A stretch of DNA of 21,778 nt from a virus: UHGV virus genome UHGV-0133264; one strand, given 5' to 3'. The notes under the pieces are model-generated. The model saw only the letters and a list, made by a program, of their open reading frames with translations. It was not told the origin of the DNA and did no database searches. Positions 9,162 to 18,188 of this stretch are shown piece by piece; within the stretch, counting starts at the first letter, position 1, and each line of letters starts with the position of its first letter. Position numbers and translations under genes: made by a program.

Positions 9162-9211
9162 TAGATTGCTCTAATCTGGAGTCACCTGGCGTTTTCAGTT
9201 TGAGGTCGGAG

Positions 9212-9457
9212 ATGCAATCTGATTTTTTACAGTTAGCGATCGCTTTTGCAGGATATGTTTGCATTGGCTTCTGTGTATACATGATCAGCCGAAAAATACT
9301 TGTCGATATCGACCGCAAAGAACGAGCAGAGGAAATCTTAGTATGGATTTTCTTTGGCGCGGTCTGGCCATTAGGGATCATGTTTGCTGCAACATTTCTT
9401 CTGATGTGGATATTCACCCTTCCAGGTGATTTCTATAGAAAAAAAGCCAGACATTGA
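9212..9457 (+). CDS. Small two-helix membrane protein (possible P1 rlfA position)
   Basis: Listed ORF 9131-9457; the likely start is the internal ATG at 9212 with GAGG upstream, giving MQSDFLQLAIAFAGYVCIGFCVYMI... Two hydrophobic segments. Confidence 0.4.
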   Translation: MQSDFLQLAIAFAGYVCIGFCVYMISRKILVDIDRKERAEEILVWIFFGAVWPLGIMFAATFLLMWIFTLPGDFYRKKARH

Positions 9458-9639
9458 TACACCCGCTGCGGGTGCTTGAGGCTATCTGCTTCAGGCATTA
9501 CCCGACAAGCAGATAGAAAAAAGCCCCAGATAACATTACGCGTCCTGCAAGACGCTTAACATTAATCTGAGGCCATATCTATGCTTAGCATACGTAGATT
9601 AGCCCTCTCCCCTTTTAAGGAGCAAGGAATTTTTTACTG

Positions 9640-10272
9640 CTATGCCGCCTTTCCAGTTATGGATTCAGCGACAAGAACAACCCCATGCTTACTTCGATCT
9701 GGGTGTTCACTCCATATCTCGGATTCAGGAATACTTTCCCCGTCATAGCAAACACGTTCGCCGTCAAACGGGTAATACTGAGCGGCATCGGTGTCGAGGA
9801 TAAACACTTTTAGCTCGGAAGAGCGACGGGCGATGTGTTGCCAAAGAGCTTTTCCACCTTCGTATTGCTCATTATCACTGAGCAAAACAACACCAGCTTT
9901 TGAGGCTACGGTTTCGTAAACAAAAGTAGCTAAACCGACATCCCGGACGGTTCCATCAACCACGATACCTTCAATCTGGGCAACATCGCTATCCTCCCAG
10001 AACTTCCTTACCAGTACGCCTTCAAGCTGCGGGCGACGTTGAAGTTCAAGAGTAGCGACAACCTTATGGCGCATATCACCATCGATAACAGAAGGCGCAG
10101 CCTCTATTACAGCTGCAAATGGGGTTTTGGAATCCCATATAACCTGGTAAAGCACACCCTGGATGGTAACTCCGTCCAGGATCGAAAATCGACGAGCGAC
10201 AGTACCCGGGGAGTACGACATTGGAATCACAGCCATTTTAGAGTCCCCCTTTAACAGTACAGGCACAAACAT
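9640..10272 (-). CDS. Hypothetical protein (possible rlfB/pmgF position)
   Basis: 210-aa ORF. The likely start is Met 13 (about 10236), preceded by AAGGGGGA. Monocistronic: promoter-like AT-rich region upstream and the terminator of the neighbouring operon beyond it. Confidence 0.5.
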   Translation of the reverse strand: MFVPVLLKGDSKMAVIPMSYSPGTVARRFSILDGVTIQGVLYQVIWDSKTPFAAVIEAAPSVIDGDMRHKVVATLELQRRPQLEGVLVRKFWEDSDVAQIEGIVVDGTVRDVGLATFVYETVASKAGVVLLSDNEQYEGGKALWQHIARRSSELKVFILDTDAAQYYPFDGERVCYDGESIPESEIWSEHPDRSKHGVVLVAESITGKAA

Positions 10273-10363
10273 CTACCTCAATAATTGTAGTTTATTAGAA
10301 CATTAATAATCTAACATAAAACTCCAGACAATGTTATCGATGCATTTTTATATAAAAAGGTTA

Positions 10364-10386
10364 TAAAAAAAGCTCCCGAAGGAGCT
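10364..10386 (-). terminator. Rho-independent terminator ending the late head/sheath/tube operon
   Basis: On the minus strand: stem AGCTCC, loop TTCG, stem GGAGCT, followed by TTTTTTT. Lies about 20 bp after the stop of the 169-aa gene. Confidence 0.7.
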
Positions 10387-10407
10387 TTAAAATACAAGGG
10401 ATGACTC

Positions 10408-10917
10408 TTAATCCCACTCAATCCAGTTGTAGACGATACGAAGTGACGGGCGCACAGCGGCAGTCACATCTTCGGTACTAAAGTCGATTGCATCACTGTA
10501 GATTTTGCAGTCCAACATTTCAATTGTTGTAGCAGCTTTTGTCACAGCGTTAACCCCGGAAGATTTGGATTCAGGGGTAGCAGCCATCGTGATATCAACA
10601 TAGTCCTTCGCCGCAATGCGATCCTTAATGAACTGAAGAATATCGCCTTCGATAGTCTCCACGCACTGGACCTGGATTTCCCCAGAGTTTCGAATTGGTC
10701 CGTGCTGGTTGAACTTCACACCATTCGGACCATAGTCCTCCACATCCTCGCGGGTCATTTCAGGAATTTGCGACGTGCGAACCAGTACACTGATATCTTC
10801 ATAGCCTGCAAAAGTGAGCTGGAATTCAGACGATACCAGACGTTCGCCTTTAGCCGCGTTGGCAGTATAGCGGCCCTTAATAAATTTACGGTTTCCCTTA
10901 GTGTTATTGTGCCCCAT
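10408..10917 (-). CDS. Tail tube-like protein (gp19-type fold suspected)
   Basis: 169-aa beta-rich ORF, last gene of the operon. The C-terminus RIVYNWIEWD resembles the T4 gp19 C-terminal LALDYWE motif. Recalled motif only. Confidence 0.45.
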   Translation of the reverse strand: MGHNNTKGNRKFIKGRYTANAAKGERLVSSEFQLTFAGYEDISVLVRTSQIPEMTREDVEDYGPNGVKFNQHGPIRNSGEIQVQCVETIEGDILQFIKDRIAAKDYVDITMAATPESKSSGVNAVTKAATTIEMLDCKIYSDAIDFSTEDVTAAVRPSLRIVYNWIEWD

Positions 10918-10928
10918 ATAAAATCCTT

Positions 10929-11510
10929 TTACTGGAACGCCCGAACAATATCGGAACTGTTATATATCGAAGAACCGGTCAACTGGAGGTTGACGGTGTT
11001 TTTCAGGAAATGCCCATTGCTGTCCCTGGGCGCATCGAGATCGAAACTTATGTCCTGGATAGCGACATCAATGATGTTGATCCGGCGACCAATGTTTAGC
11101 GTCACCCGCTCCGGGATTCGACCACCAATACTGGCGTCTTTAAGTTCCGGGCTAATCATTGCTGACAACGCGGCGATAGCACCTGAAACTTCCGTATATG
11201 GGTTAAACAAAGCAATGAAAATTACTGGCAGCGTGAACGTCGGCGGAGTTCCCCCCTCCCAAACCATTAAGCTGTTCCAACGGGCAACTGACGTTGTTTC
11301 AGTACCAACCTGCGCAAAACCACTGAAGGCACCAGCAACAGAACCCATAGACATACCAGTAAACGGCGCTTCCCAATTCTGGGCCAGATTCATTGCCGCC
11401 CCCTGGCTGATATATCCGGTAACCTGGTACTGAGAGTTCGTTAAAGTAACTTTCAGAAATGGCGATACACCGTCAGCCTGGCTGTAAACCCCAAAAGGTA
11501 TAGGTGCCAT
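10929..11510 (-). CDS. Tail/baseplate structural protein (P1 bplB/pmgG position)
   Basis: 193-aa ORF tightly packed in the late operon. Gly/Ser/Thr-rich, beta-type composition. Confidence 0.45.
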   Translation of the reverse strand: MAPIPFGVYSQADGVSPFLKVTLTNSQYQVTGYISQGAAMNLAQNWEAPFTGMSMGSVAGAFSGFAQVGTETTSVARWNSLMVWEGGTPPTFTLPVIFIALFNPYTEVSGAIAALSAMISPELKDASIGGRIPERVTLNIGRRINIIDVAIQDISFDLDAPRDSNGHFLKNTVNLQLTGSSIYNSSDIVRAFQ

Positions 11511-11545
11511 TCAAGTTAAAGGCCGGAGTTCTCCGGCCTCCTCCT

Positions 11546-12361
11546 TTAGCCGAGGCGCTTACGGCGCAGTTTCATTGACTTTTTGCGGGCCAGTTTTGCC
11601 GCGCCGGTCTGGGCTTTACGACGCGCTTTTTTCAGCGCCGATTTTTGAGCCGCAGTCAGACGTTTTTTACGCAGACGTTTACGGATGAGTTTGATCTCGC
11701 CGTTACGAACAACCTTCTTAAATGCTTCAGTCAGCATTTCATCAGAAGTGCCAGCAACAACAAACGCCGCTTCAAGTTCGTCGCGGTCGTCGCTATCCAA
11801 ACCAGCGATAGCGGAACCAACATCAGCAGCTGCGTCGTCGTCTTCATCGTCGGCCAATGCTTCGATCAGGTCATCATCTACACCGCATGCTGCGAGGAAG
11901 TCAGCAACATTTGCCCATGCTTCGTTATAGGCATCGTCCTGTTCTTCTGTAACTTCGGTATCGTCGTCGTCAGAGATACCAGCAATAGCCTGAACGAAAC
12001 CATCAAGGGAGTCGAAAGTCAGATCACCGCTATCAGCCCAGGCGAAAACGGCATCGGCCGCATTACTCAACGCATTCTGCATAGCACTTCGATTTGCAGC
12101 TTCCAGAATCATCTTGTGCGCCTGTTCGACGGTCCATTCTTTACCTTCTTTCCCTTCCAGGATTTGCTCAGGTGCCGGGTCAGATTGAACGTTCTCGTTA
12201 ATCTGTGCCGCCGGTTCCGGATTATTATTAATCACCGGTTCGGTTGGCGGTTGGGCACTTGCACGGGCAGATTCCATTAACTGCACCGGATCAGCGTTCA
12301 AAGCGAAACGGGACAATTCATTCCCCAAAAATGCCCCTGATTGAAAAAAGTTTTTGCTCAT
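11546..12361 (-). CDS. Acidic/basic bipartite protein of the late operon
   Basis: 271 aa. Central region is extremely acidic (DDDDTEVTEEQDD..., DDEDDDAAAD, DSDDRDELE). The C-terminal ~55 aa are strongly basic (KLIRKRLRKKRLTAAQKSALKKARRKAQTGAAKLARKKSMKLRRKRLG). The antisense ORFs at 11645-12280 and 11685-11930 are artefacts. Confidence 0.6.
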   Translation of the reverse strand: MSKNFFQSGAFLGNELSRFALNADPVQLMESARASAQPPTEPVINNNPEPAAQINENVQSDPAPEQILEGKEGKEWTVEQAHKMILEAANRSAMQNALSNAADAVFAWADSGDLTFDSLDGFVQAIAGISDDDDTEVTEEQDDAYNEAWANVADFLAACGVDDDLIEALADDEDDDAAADVGSAIAGLDSDDRDELEAAFVVAGTSDEMLTEAFKKVVRNGEIKLIRKRLRKKRLTAAQKSALKKARRKAQTGAAKLARKKSMKLRRKRLG

Positions 12362-12370
12362 TGTATTCCC

Positions 12371-13960
12371 TTACTTAATAAGCAGCGGTACGCCCTGGAT
12401 ACGACGGGCTACACCTGTCGGGCAGCAGGCCCAGACCACTTCCCATTTATCGAATTCCGCCTGCGTAACTTTCAGCACATACGGTTCTGTACCGTCAGCA
12501 TCCGGATCACGCGGAGCCACCAGAGCGCCAGAGGCGACAAAGCGATCTAAAAGTTTGGTCATCCCTTTAGTCAGGCCAGACTCAGTAATGCCGTCCGGGT
12601 TATGCTTCATCTGTCGGGCTAGCTGGACAAAGAAACGGCTGATTGCGTTCATCAAGGATGGTACGTGCTGGAAATGCAGATAGTTGTCCTGCGTGCAGCA
12701 AGTTAAAGCATCATCGATGATCATCTGGCCAGAGGTGCCTACAGATACTTTATTGAGACGCCCCTTAACCATAGCTTCTTCGTCCGGGGTGTCTTCCGGA
12801 TACAGCGGCTGAAGTGATGCTCGAGCAATGACGGCACGTTCTTCACCAGCCGGTGAGTAATGCCAACCGCCGACATCGGAGTTTTTCTTAACGCCACGAG
12901 CTTTCGCCGCATACGCCGCGCCAGACAGACCGAAGACCACACGGGATTGGGTCCATTTGTCTTTGCAGGAGAACGGAAAGTGATAGACAGCACAGCTTAC
13001 ATAATCGGTACCAAGTAAACCGGTATCTTCAACAGCAGAGATCGCTTCCGTGTACGTCAATGTCGGTTTGACATCAAAGAAGCCATCAATCAGGCGATCA
13101 GAACAGATATTACCTAACGCGGTGATCGCCGCATTGTCATAGCAACCCAGGCCGAGAACAGCGGTGTACATGTACGGCGCATTGTTCAGCACTTTCACCG
13201 CACGCAGGTAAGCAGCAGTTGAGATTTTCGACTGATCGCCGTTGGTACCGCCAGTGAACGCCAGCGATTTTTTATTTGTTACTTTCGCGGTAGAAATCAG
13301 CTCTTCATTAACAACCGCGCGCAGATATTTAGAACGGGCTTCCAGAGCCGTAGGCAGATAACACAAGCGGCCCATGTCATCTTTCGCTTCTTCCGCCAAA
13401 GATACAATATGTGTCTCCAGGGTCGTAACCACACCGAGCGAAGTCGTCTGGGTCAGTTTCAGGAGGAAGCGTTCATTACCTGCGCTGTCCGCAGCTGCCG
13501 TTTCGATGGTTAACTCACGCGTAGGTGAAACGCATGGGTCGCCGTCATCAACGTAGATCGCAAAGGCTTCGCCGCTATCAAGTTCAATTTCAGAACCGTA
13601 TGGCAACGCGCTGTAAGCCGGTTCGCCTGATTCATCGAACATAATAATCGGGAACTTCGCATCATCCGGAACAGCACGAACAACATAACCAGACGTTTGC
13701 TGAATAGCTTCGTACACATGACGAATTGGTTCGAACTGTGAGCCGGAAGACGGCTTCAGCGGTTCGCCGAGAACATCTTCGTAATTAGACTCAGTAACAG
13801 CGAGAACAGTAAACGGCTTGCCACGCGCAAATACGCCAATACCAGCCCATAAGCTGCTATTTAATGCAACACCGGTAGATAACGTCGCATCGGCATTGAT
13901 CGGGCTAACCGCTACGCCGGATGCATTACCTAATGACTGTTGAATTGAATATTGAGACAT
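12371..13960 (-). CDS. Tail sheath protein (P1 gene 22 position)
   Basis: 529-aa ORF immediately downstream of the major head gene and upstream of the tube/baseplate genes. AGGGAAAG Shine-Dalgarno. Assignment by synteny and size, not by alignment. Confidence 0.5.
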   Translation of the reverse strand: MSQYSIQQSLGNASGVAVSPINADATLSTGVALNSSLWAGIGVFARGKPFTVLAVTESNYEDVLGEPLKPSSGSQFEPIRHVYEAIQQTSGYVVRAVPDDAKFPIIMFDESGEPAYSALPYGSEIELDSGEAFAIYVDDGDPCVSPTRELTIETAAADSAGNERFLLKLTQTTSLGVVTTLETHIVSLAEEAKDDMGRLCYLPTALEARSKYLRAVVNEELISTAKVTNKKSLAFTGGTNGDQSKISTAAYLRAVKVLNNAPYMYTAVLGLGCYDNAAITALGNICSDRLIDGFFDVKPTLTYTEAISAVEDTGLLGTDYVSCAVYHFPFSCKDKWTQSRVVFGLSGAAYAAKARGVKKNSDVGGWHYSPAGEERAVIARASLQPLYPEDTPDEEAMVKGRLNKVSVGTSGQMIIDDALTCCTQDNYLHFQHVPSLMNAISRFFVQLARQMKHNPDGITESGLTKGMTKLLDRFVASGALVAPRDPDADGTEPYVLKVTQAEFDKWEVVWACCPTGVARRIQGVPLLIK

Positions 13961-14020
13961 AACTTTCCCTGTTATGCGCCCCGCGCGGGGGCGCTATGTT
14001 AAACGGAGAGCTTCCCCTGA

Positions 14021-15748
14021 TTACTCAGAGTCACCAGCATCAATCGTGTTACCGGTCAGGAAGTTAATTCCGCCATTTTTTGCCATAGTCAGAGTTACAC
14101 GGGTGAAGTAGTCAGCACCGTTGCGTGGATGCATATCGTTGATAGCAGAACCCCACAGAGTGGTTCGGTTGACCAGTGCCGGGGTGGTCGGATGCTGGAA
14201 TGGGATAGCCGGGACCGCATCACCAGTCACGAAGCCTGCCTTGCCCGGATTTTCATCACGGACGTAGCACAGCACATCCATCGGGCTGAACTGGATACCT
14301 TCGGCGGTCAGGTTCGTGCAAATACCTTCAGGTACTTCGTACACCTTCACGTTACCGAACAGGGTGCCGATGAAGTGAACGTACGGAGTCTGGGTATATT
14401 CTTCAGCTGGCTGGAAGAAATCCTTCGGAAGCTGTTTGAAGAAAGATGCAGCATCAGCACCAGCAAACATCCCCATCGCACCAGAAGATTTAACGCGCTC
14501 AATAATGTCGCGATATACAGTCTGGAATTTGCCGCGAATGATGGTTGCCCATACATCAAAGGACTGGTTAACCGGCAGAGCGATGTCAAAGGAGTCGGTC
14601 GCAAGAGTACGCCAGATCATGATGCGAAGACGCAGCATATCCTGTTCATGAGACAGGTATTCCTTCAGGGTGCGGAACTGTAGGGACCCCAGGTCCAGAC
14701 CAAACTCACGCTGTGCTTCATACGCCGCCTGTACCGTGTGCTCAGCCGCGATGACGAACTGGCTTGGGAACAGGGTGTAACTCTTCATTTCGTGGTTGAT
14801 AAGTGGGATCAGCTCAGGAGCTGCTTCAATATTGATCTCCGCCTCAATGGCGATCTCTGTACCTTTATCCGGCGCTTTGGAGAACGACAGGGCAATCTGA
14901 CCAATGTTGTAGTTCAGAGAGCAGGTAACAGTAATTTGTTCGCCAGCTTTGTTATTGAATGTGTGAAGCAGAGTACCGGAGCCGTTATCAACAACAGACT
15001 TAATGCGGTTAACGTAGATATTTGTACGGCCTTTGCGGATCGGGACATTCTGGCCTTCAAAGTCTTCCATCTTGAAGGTTGCGGTTTTGCTGGTGCCATC
15101 GGAACTTGCCACCAACACATAGCGGCGGCGCAGTTGGCTATACACACCAACAGATTGCATATCCAGAACATCACCCGAAGCATAAGAACCAAAAGAGGAA
15201 CCCGCTACGTTAAAGATTTCATAGATTTCGGACTTGTCACGCGTAACTGGAATGAAGGTACACGCATCAGCGGTAGCTGCCCCCAACTGAACAGGCAGGA
15301 TCATCGCGAGGAATAAAGGCAGACGCATAACACCGTCAGAAACGCTCATCATCTCTGCTGCGACGGATTCCAGCATCGCTTTATTGGTGGCATCCATGCT
15401 ATTGCGGGTGGACTCAATCAGGCAGTTTTCCAGAGTCTGGTGGCAGGAGGCCAGAATTTCCGGACGCGGCATAGATTTATGTGCTGCGGCGTAGTCAGCC
15501 AGTGCACTTGCCCACGCTGTAGCGATTTGAGCAGTGGCATTATCAGAGATACCTGCAAAAATCGGGTCTTTGCGTGCAGCTTCAAGGATAGATGCGGCAC
15601 GTGCGGCATCATCTTTGATGAATTGGTTATCAGTACCGAACTGTGCTGTACTTGCCCAGCCAAGAACGGCTTTAGAGCGTTTTGCGATATCTGCAATACG
15701 ATTCTGGTATTCGCGTAAGTTACTCAAGTTACTCTTCCTTAAACACAA
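14021..15748 (-). CDS. Major head (capsid) protein precursor (P1 gene 23 position)
   Basis: 575-aa ORF adjacent to parS. N-terminal ~130 aa are Ala-rich and helical, consistent with a cleaved delta/scaffold domain. The listed start is TTG; a second TTG seven codons in is preceded by AAGGAAGAG and is the more likely start. Confidence 0.55.
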   Translation of the reverse strand: MCLRKSNLSNLREYQNRIADIAKRSKAVLGWASTAQFGTDNQFIKDDAARAASILEAARKDPIFAGISDNATAQIATAWASALADYAAAHKSMPRPEILASCHQTLENCLIESTRNSMDATNKAMLESVAAEMMSVSDGVMRLPLFLAMILPVQLGAATADACTFIPVTRDKSEIYEIFNVAGSSFGSYASGDVLDMQSVGVYSQLRRRYVLVASSDGTSKTATFKMEDFEGQNVPIRKGRTNIYVNRIKSVVDNGSGTLLHTFNNKAGEQITVTCSLNYNIGQIALSFSKAPDKGTEIAIEAEINIEAAPELIPLINHEMKSYTLFPSQFVIAAEHTVQAAYEAQREFGLDLGSLQFRTLKEYLSHEQDMLRLRIMIWRTLATDSFDIALPVNQSFDVWATIIRGKFQTVYRDIIERVKSSGAMGMFAGADAASFFKQLPKDFFQPAEEYTQTPYVHFIGTLFGNVKVYEVPEGICTNLTAEGIQFSPMDVLCYVRDENPGKAGFVTGDAVPAIPFQHPTTPALVNRTTLWGSAINDMHPRNGADYFTRVTLTMAKNGGINFLTGNTIDAGDSE

Positions 15749-15849
15749 GGCACTTGTGTGAATCCCTTTTCGGAAGAGATTTTATTGAAAGTCACTTGTT
15801 GACTTTCTCACGAAAAGTAATTTTTTAAATTTTTTATGCGGGGAAGTGG

Positions 15850-15950
15850 ACGGTGAAAGCAGGCGTTAAATCGTGGGAATTTCAGTCTGAAATTTTTCTA
15901 AAAAATATATTCAAATCATAATATTAGAAATGAAATTGGCGCGGGACATT
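15850..15950. promoter_or_regulatory. parS: parS partition site (ParB box A/B motifs flanking an AT-rich IHF-type core)
   Basis: Just 3' of parB. Heptamers ATTTCAG/TGAAATT/ATTTCAT and hexamer-like TCCCAC/GCGCCA motifs surround an AT-rich stretch (TTTTTCTAAAAAATATATTCAAATCATAATATTAG). Boundaries approximate. Confidence 0.55.
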
Positions 15951-15991
15951 TTAGGAAGGGGAGGGGCTAACACCACCTCCCACCAGCAGGT

Positions 15992-16957
15992 TTATTTTCC
16001 TGCGGACATTTTCTCAATGATTTTTTTTATTGCTTCGTCAATTTCAGTTTGCACTTCAGACGGGAGTCGGGAGAACTCGTAGGCGACTACCCGTTTTTTC
16101 GGATCGGTCTTCTTTCGTGCGTACTGGCGTCGGTCAGAGAAATCTCGCAGCTTCTCTACCACTACAGATTTAACCGGCGCAGGTTTCAGGCTTTTGCTTT
16201 CCGCTTTGAAGATAGCCAGTATCTTCGCTTTATCCTCTTTCGCGCCCTCAGTCTCTGCAATTCGCTCGCGCACCGTATCAACCAGTTCTCCAATCGGTAC
16301 GTTTTTAGCGTTAGCATCTTCGGAGATCTGGAGCAGCAACTGATAATCAGGCAGGGCGAGATCGCTGGCAACAGGGAAGACAGCAATCATCTCATCCGGC
16401 ACCGCCGCAGCCTGGAAAGCTCGCGTCACTTTAGCCTTTGAGATGTTCTCAGCGCGGGCGATCTCTTCTTTGGTCATGCTCTTACCGTACATAACCTCAA
16501 AGCGTTTACCCAGCTCGCGCAGAGTGTGTTCGCGAGCTGTCTGGATATCAATGGCCAGCTGGCGGGCATCCGCCAAGCTGATCTCATCTTTTGTCACCAG
16601 AATCTCAAATTTCGTTTCATTGAAGATACACGCAGCGCGGCGGCGTGATCCGTCCAATACCTCAATGCGCTCCCCAACCATACGACCGATAGCCGGGAAG
16701 AACTGTTGCAATTTAATGGTGCGGGAAATATCGCTTACCGACTCAGGAGTAAGCAGAGACTGATCGCGGCCGTTAACTGCCGGGTCAACGAACGTGCGCG
16801 ACTCAATCTCACCACTCAGCACAACGGTAAGCAAAAATTTAGCCTGGCGGCCAGATTTTAGGGTAAAGGTTTTGGTGCCTTCACTGCCTTCAAGCATGCG
16901 AGCAAACTCGGAGCTATTCTTGCCCAGCACTCGTCCACGGGAAACTATTTTCTTCAT
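15992..16957 (-). CDS. parB: ParB partition protein (centromere-binding)
   Basis: 321 aa. Contains the ParB-family motif VLDGSRRR and a helix-turn-helix region (ISKAKVTRAF). Start overlaps the parA stop by 4 nt. Confidence 0.9.
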   Translation of the reverse strand: MKKIVSRGRVLGKNSSEFARMLEGSEGTKTFTLKSGRQAKFLLTVVLSGEIESRTFVDPAVNGRDQSLLTPESVSDISRTIKLQQFFPAIGRMVGERIEVLDGSRRRAACIFNETKFEILVTKDEISLADARQLAIDIQTAREHTLRELGKRFEVMYGKSMTKEEIARAENISKAKVTRAFQAAAVPDEMIAVFPVASDLALPDYQLLLQISEDANAKNVPIGELVDTVRERIAETEGAKEDKAKILAIFKAESKSLKPAPVKSVVVEKLRDFSDRRQYARKKTDPKKRVVAYEFSRLPSEVQTEIDEAIKKIIEKMSAGK

Positions 16958-18165
16958 GCCGACTCACCCCTTACAAACTCAATCCGATCAAACACAGCCT
17001 TAGTGAAACGCTCGGCCTCGGTTCGTGCCTTCTTCAGTGCCTCAGCACTGCCTGGATATGATTGCGGGTTGGCACTGATTACGGTGTCGAAAGACTCGCC
17101 GCATCGCTCGAAGCCATCCAGGCGAGGCAGAGAAGAGTCCAGAATGTTGCTGGCGTAAACCTCGCGCGCAAGGCTGTGTGATGTCTCGTGATCACGCTTG
17201 CCGGTCATCTTCGACATAAAACCAATGCTGGCGCTTAAACGCGGCTCTACGCCTTCCTCCTCCAGTTGCTCCAGCATTTCTGGCAGACGGGTGAGATATT
17301 TCAGAGTTGAGTGGAAGTCAACCTGGGCTGGTGGGGTAGGGGTAAGCAACAGATCGCTTGCCGCCAGACCGTTAAGCAGGAACGGATCCAAGTGCGGACC
17401 GGTATCGATAAAGATAAAGTCATAATCATCAGCAACACGATCAATGATATTGCGTCGAAGGATTTCGTACTGATTTTGTCCAGGAAGATGCTCTTCAACC
17501 AGCTCTTTCCATTGGCTGGCAACAAAGCCATCGTCGATAGAGGCTGGAATCACGTCTACGCCGGGAACGATGGTCGGACGAATCACCTCTTTGCGTAGCG
17601 TCTCCGCGTCCAGGTCGTTCAGCATCGCCTGCGCGGCTGTTTCCAGAATGGATCCAATACTGTGAGTATGGTCGAGGAACATTGTGCTGGATGCCTGCGG
17701 GTCAAGGTCAATAACCAGAATGCGCAGATCGTGACGCAGTAAATCCTGATGCACACGCAGCGCGTGCGCCAGCGTGACTGTGGAAACCGTTTTAGATACG
17801 CCACCTTTCAGGTTTACGACAAAAATAACGTAAGGCGATTTGTGAATGTCGCGATATTTGGGAATCTTGCGGTGGGCATAGATATCAATGACGTTCTGGA
17901 TAGTGAGCGCGTACTGTTCAACGTTACCGACCTGTTTCTTGTTGAACTGGTACCCATCATCTTCCATCTCTTTGATGGCCTGCTCCACAATGCGGCGGCT
18001 CAGCTTCGGCAACTTTGCCACAGCGTTACGAGTAAACGTCTGATAATACTCGGTCTGATTGAACTCTTTGCGCTGATCTTCGATATCCTGGCTCATGGCC
18101 TTCAGCAATGCGCTTGCACGAAGAGCTATGGTGCCGACACCGCCGTAATCGCGTTTCATCATCAT
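16954..18165 (-). CDS. parA: ParA partition ATPase (type Ia, long N-terminal regulatory domain)
   Basis: 403 aa. Deviant Walker A NLKGGVSKTVST, Walker A' ILVIDLDPQ, Walker B FIFIDTGP. AAGGAG directly followed by ATGATGATG; the third ATG (18159) is the likeliest start. Confidence 0.9.
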   Translation of the reverse strand: MMMKRDYGGVGTIALRASALLKAMSQDIEDQRKEFNQTEYYQTFTRNAVAKLPKLSRRIVEQAIKEMEDDGYQFNKKQVGNVEQYALTIQNVIDIYAHRKIPKYRDIHKSPYVIFVVNLKGGVSKTVSTVTLAHALRVHQDLLRHDLRILVIDLDPQASSTMFLDHTHSIGSILETAAQAMLNDLDAETLRKEVIRPTIVPGVDVIPASIDDGFVASQWKELVEEHLPGQNQYEILRRNIIDRVADDYDFIFIDTGPHLDPFLLNGLAASDLLLTPTPPAQVDFHSTLKYLTRLPEMLEQLEEEGVEPRLSASIGFMSKMTGKRDHETSHSLAREVYASNILDSSLPRLDGFERCGESFDTVISANPQSYPGSAEALKKARTEAERFTKAVFDRIEFVRGESA

Positions 18166-18188
18166 CTCCTTATCGTTTCGTATAAGTG

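Noticed and set aside
9151-9417. ORF 9151-9417 (-), 88 aa
   Set aside because: Antisense to the small membrane-protein gene, which has the better start context and hydrophobic helices.
9483-9516. Inverted repeat TATCTGCTTC ... GAAGCAGATA as a terminator after the small membrane gene
   Set aside because: No U-tract follows it on either strand, so it does not qualify as an intrinsic terminator. Left uncalled.
10702-11433. ORF 10702-11433 (+), 243 aa
   Set aside because: Spans two minus-strand structural genes and their intergenic gap in antisense. It is a long open frame by chance in GC-balanced sequence.
11645-12683. Plus-strand ORFs antisense to the acidic protein and sheath gene (11645-12280, 11685-11930, 12341-12550, 12354-12683)
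   Set aside because: Ser/Ala-rich mirror of the Asp/Glu codon runs; antisense artefacts.
12739-15761. Assorted short ORFs inside the sheath and head genes on both strands
   Set aside because: All are nested in or antisense to the two long, well-supported late genes.
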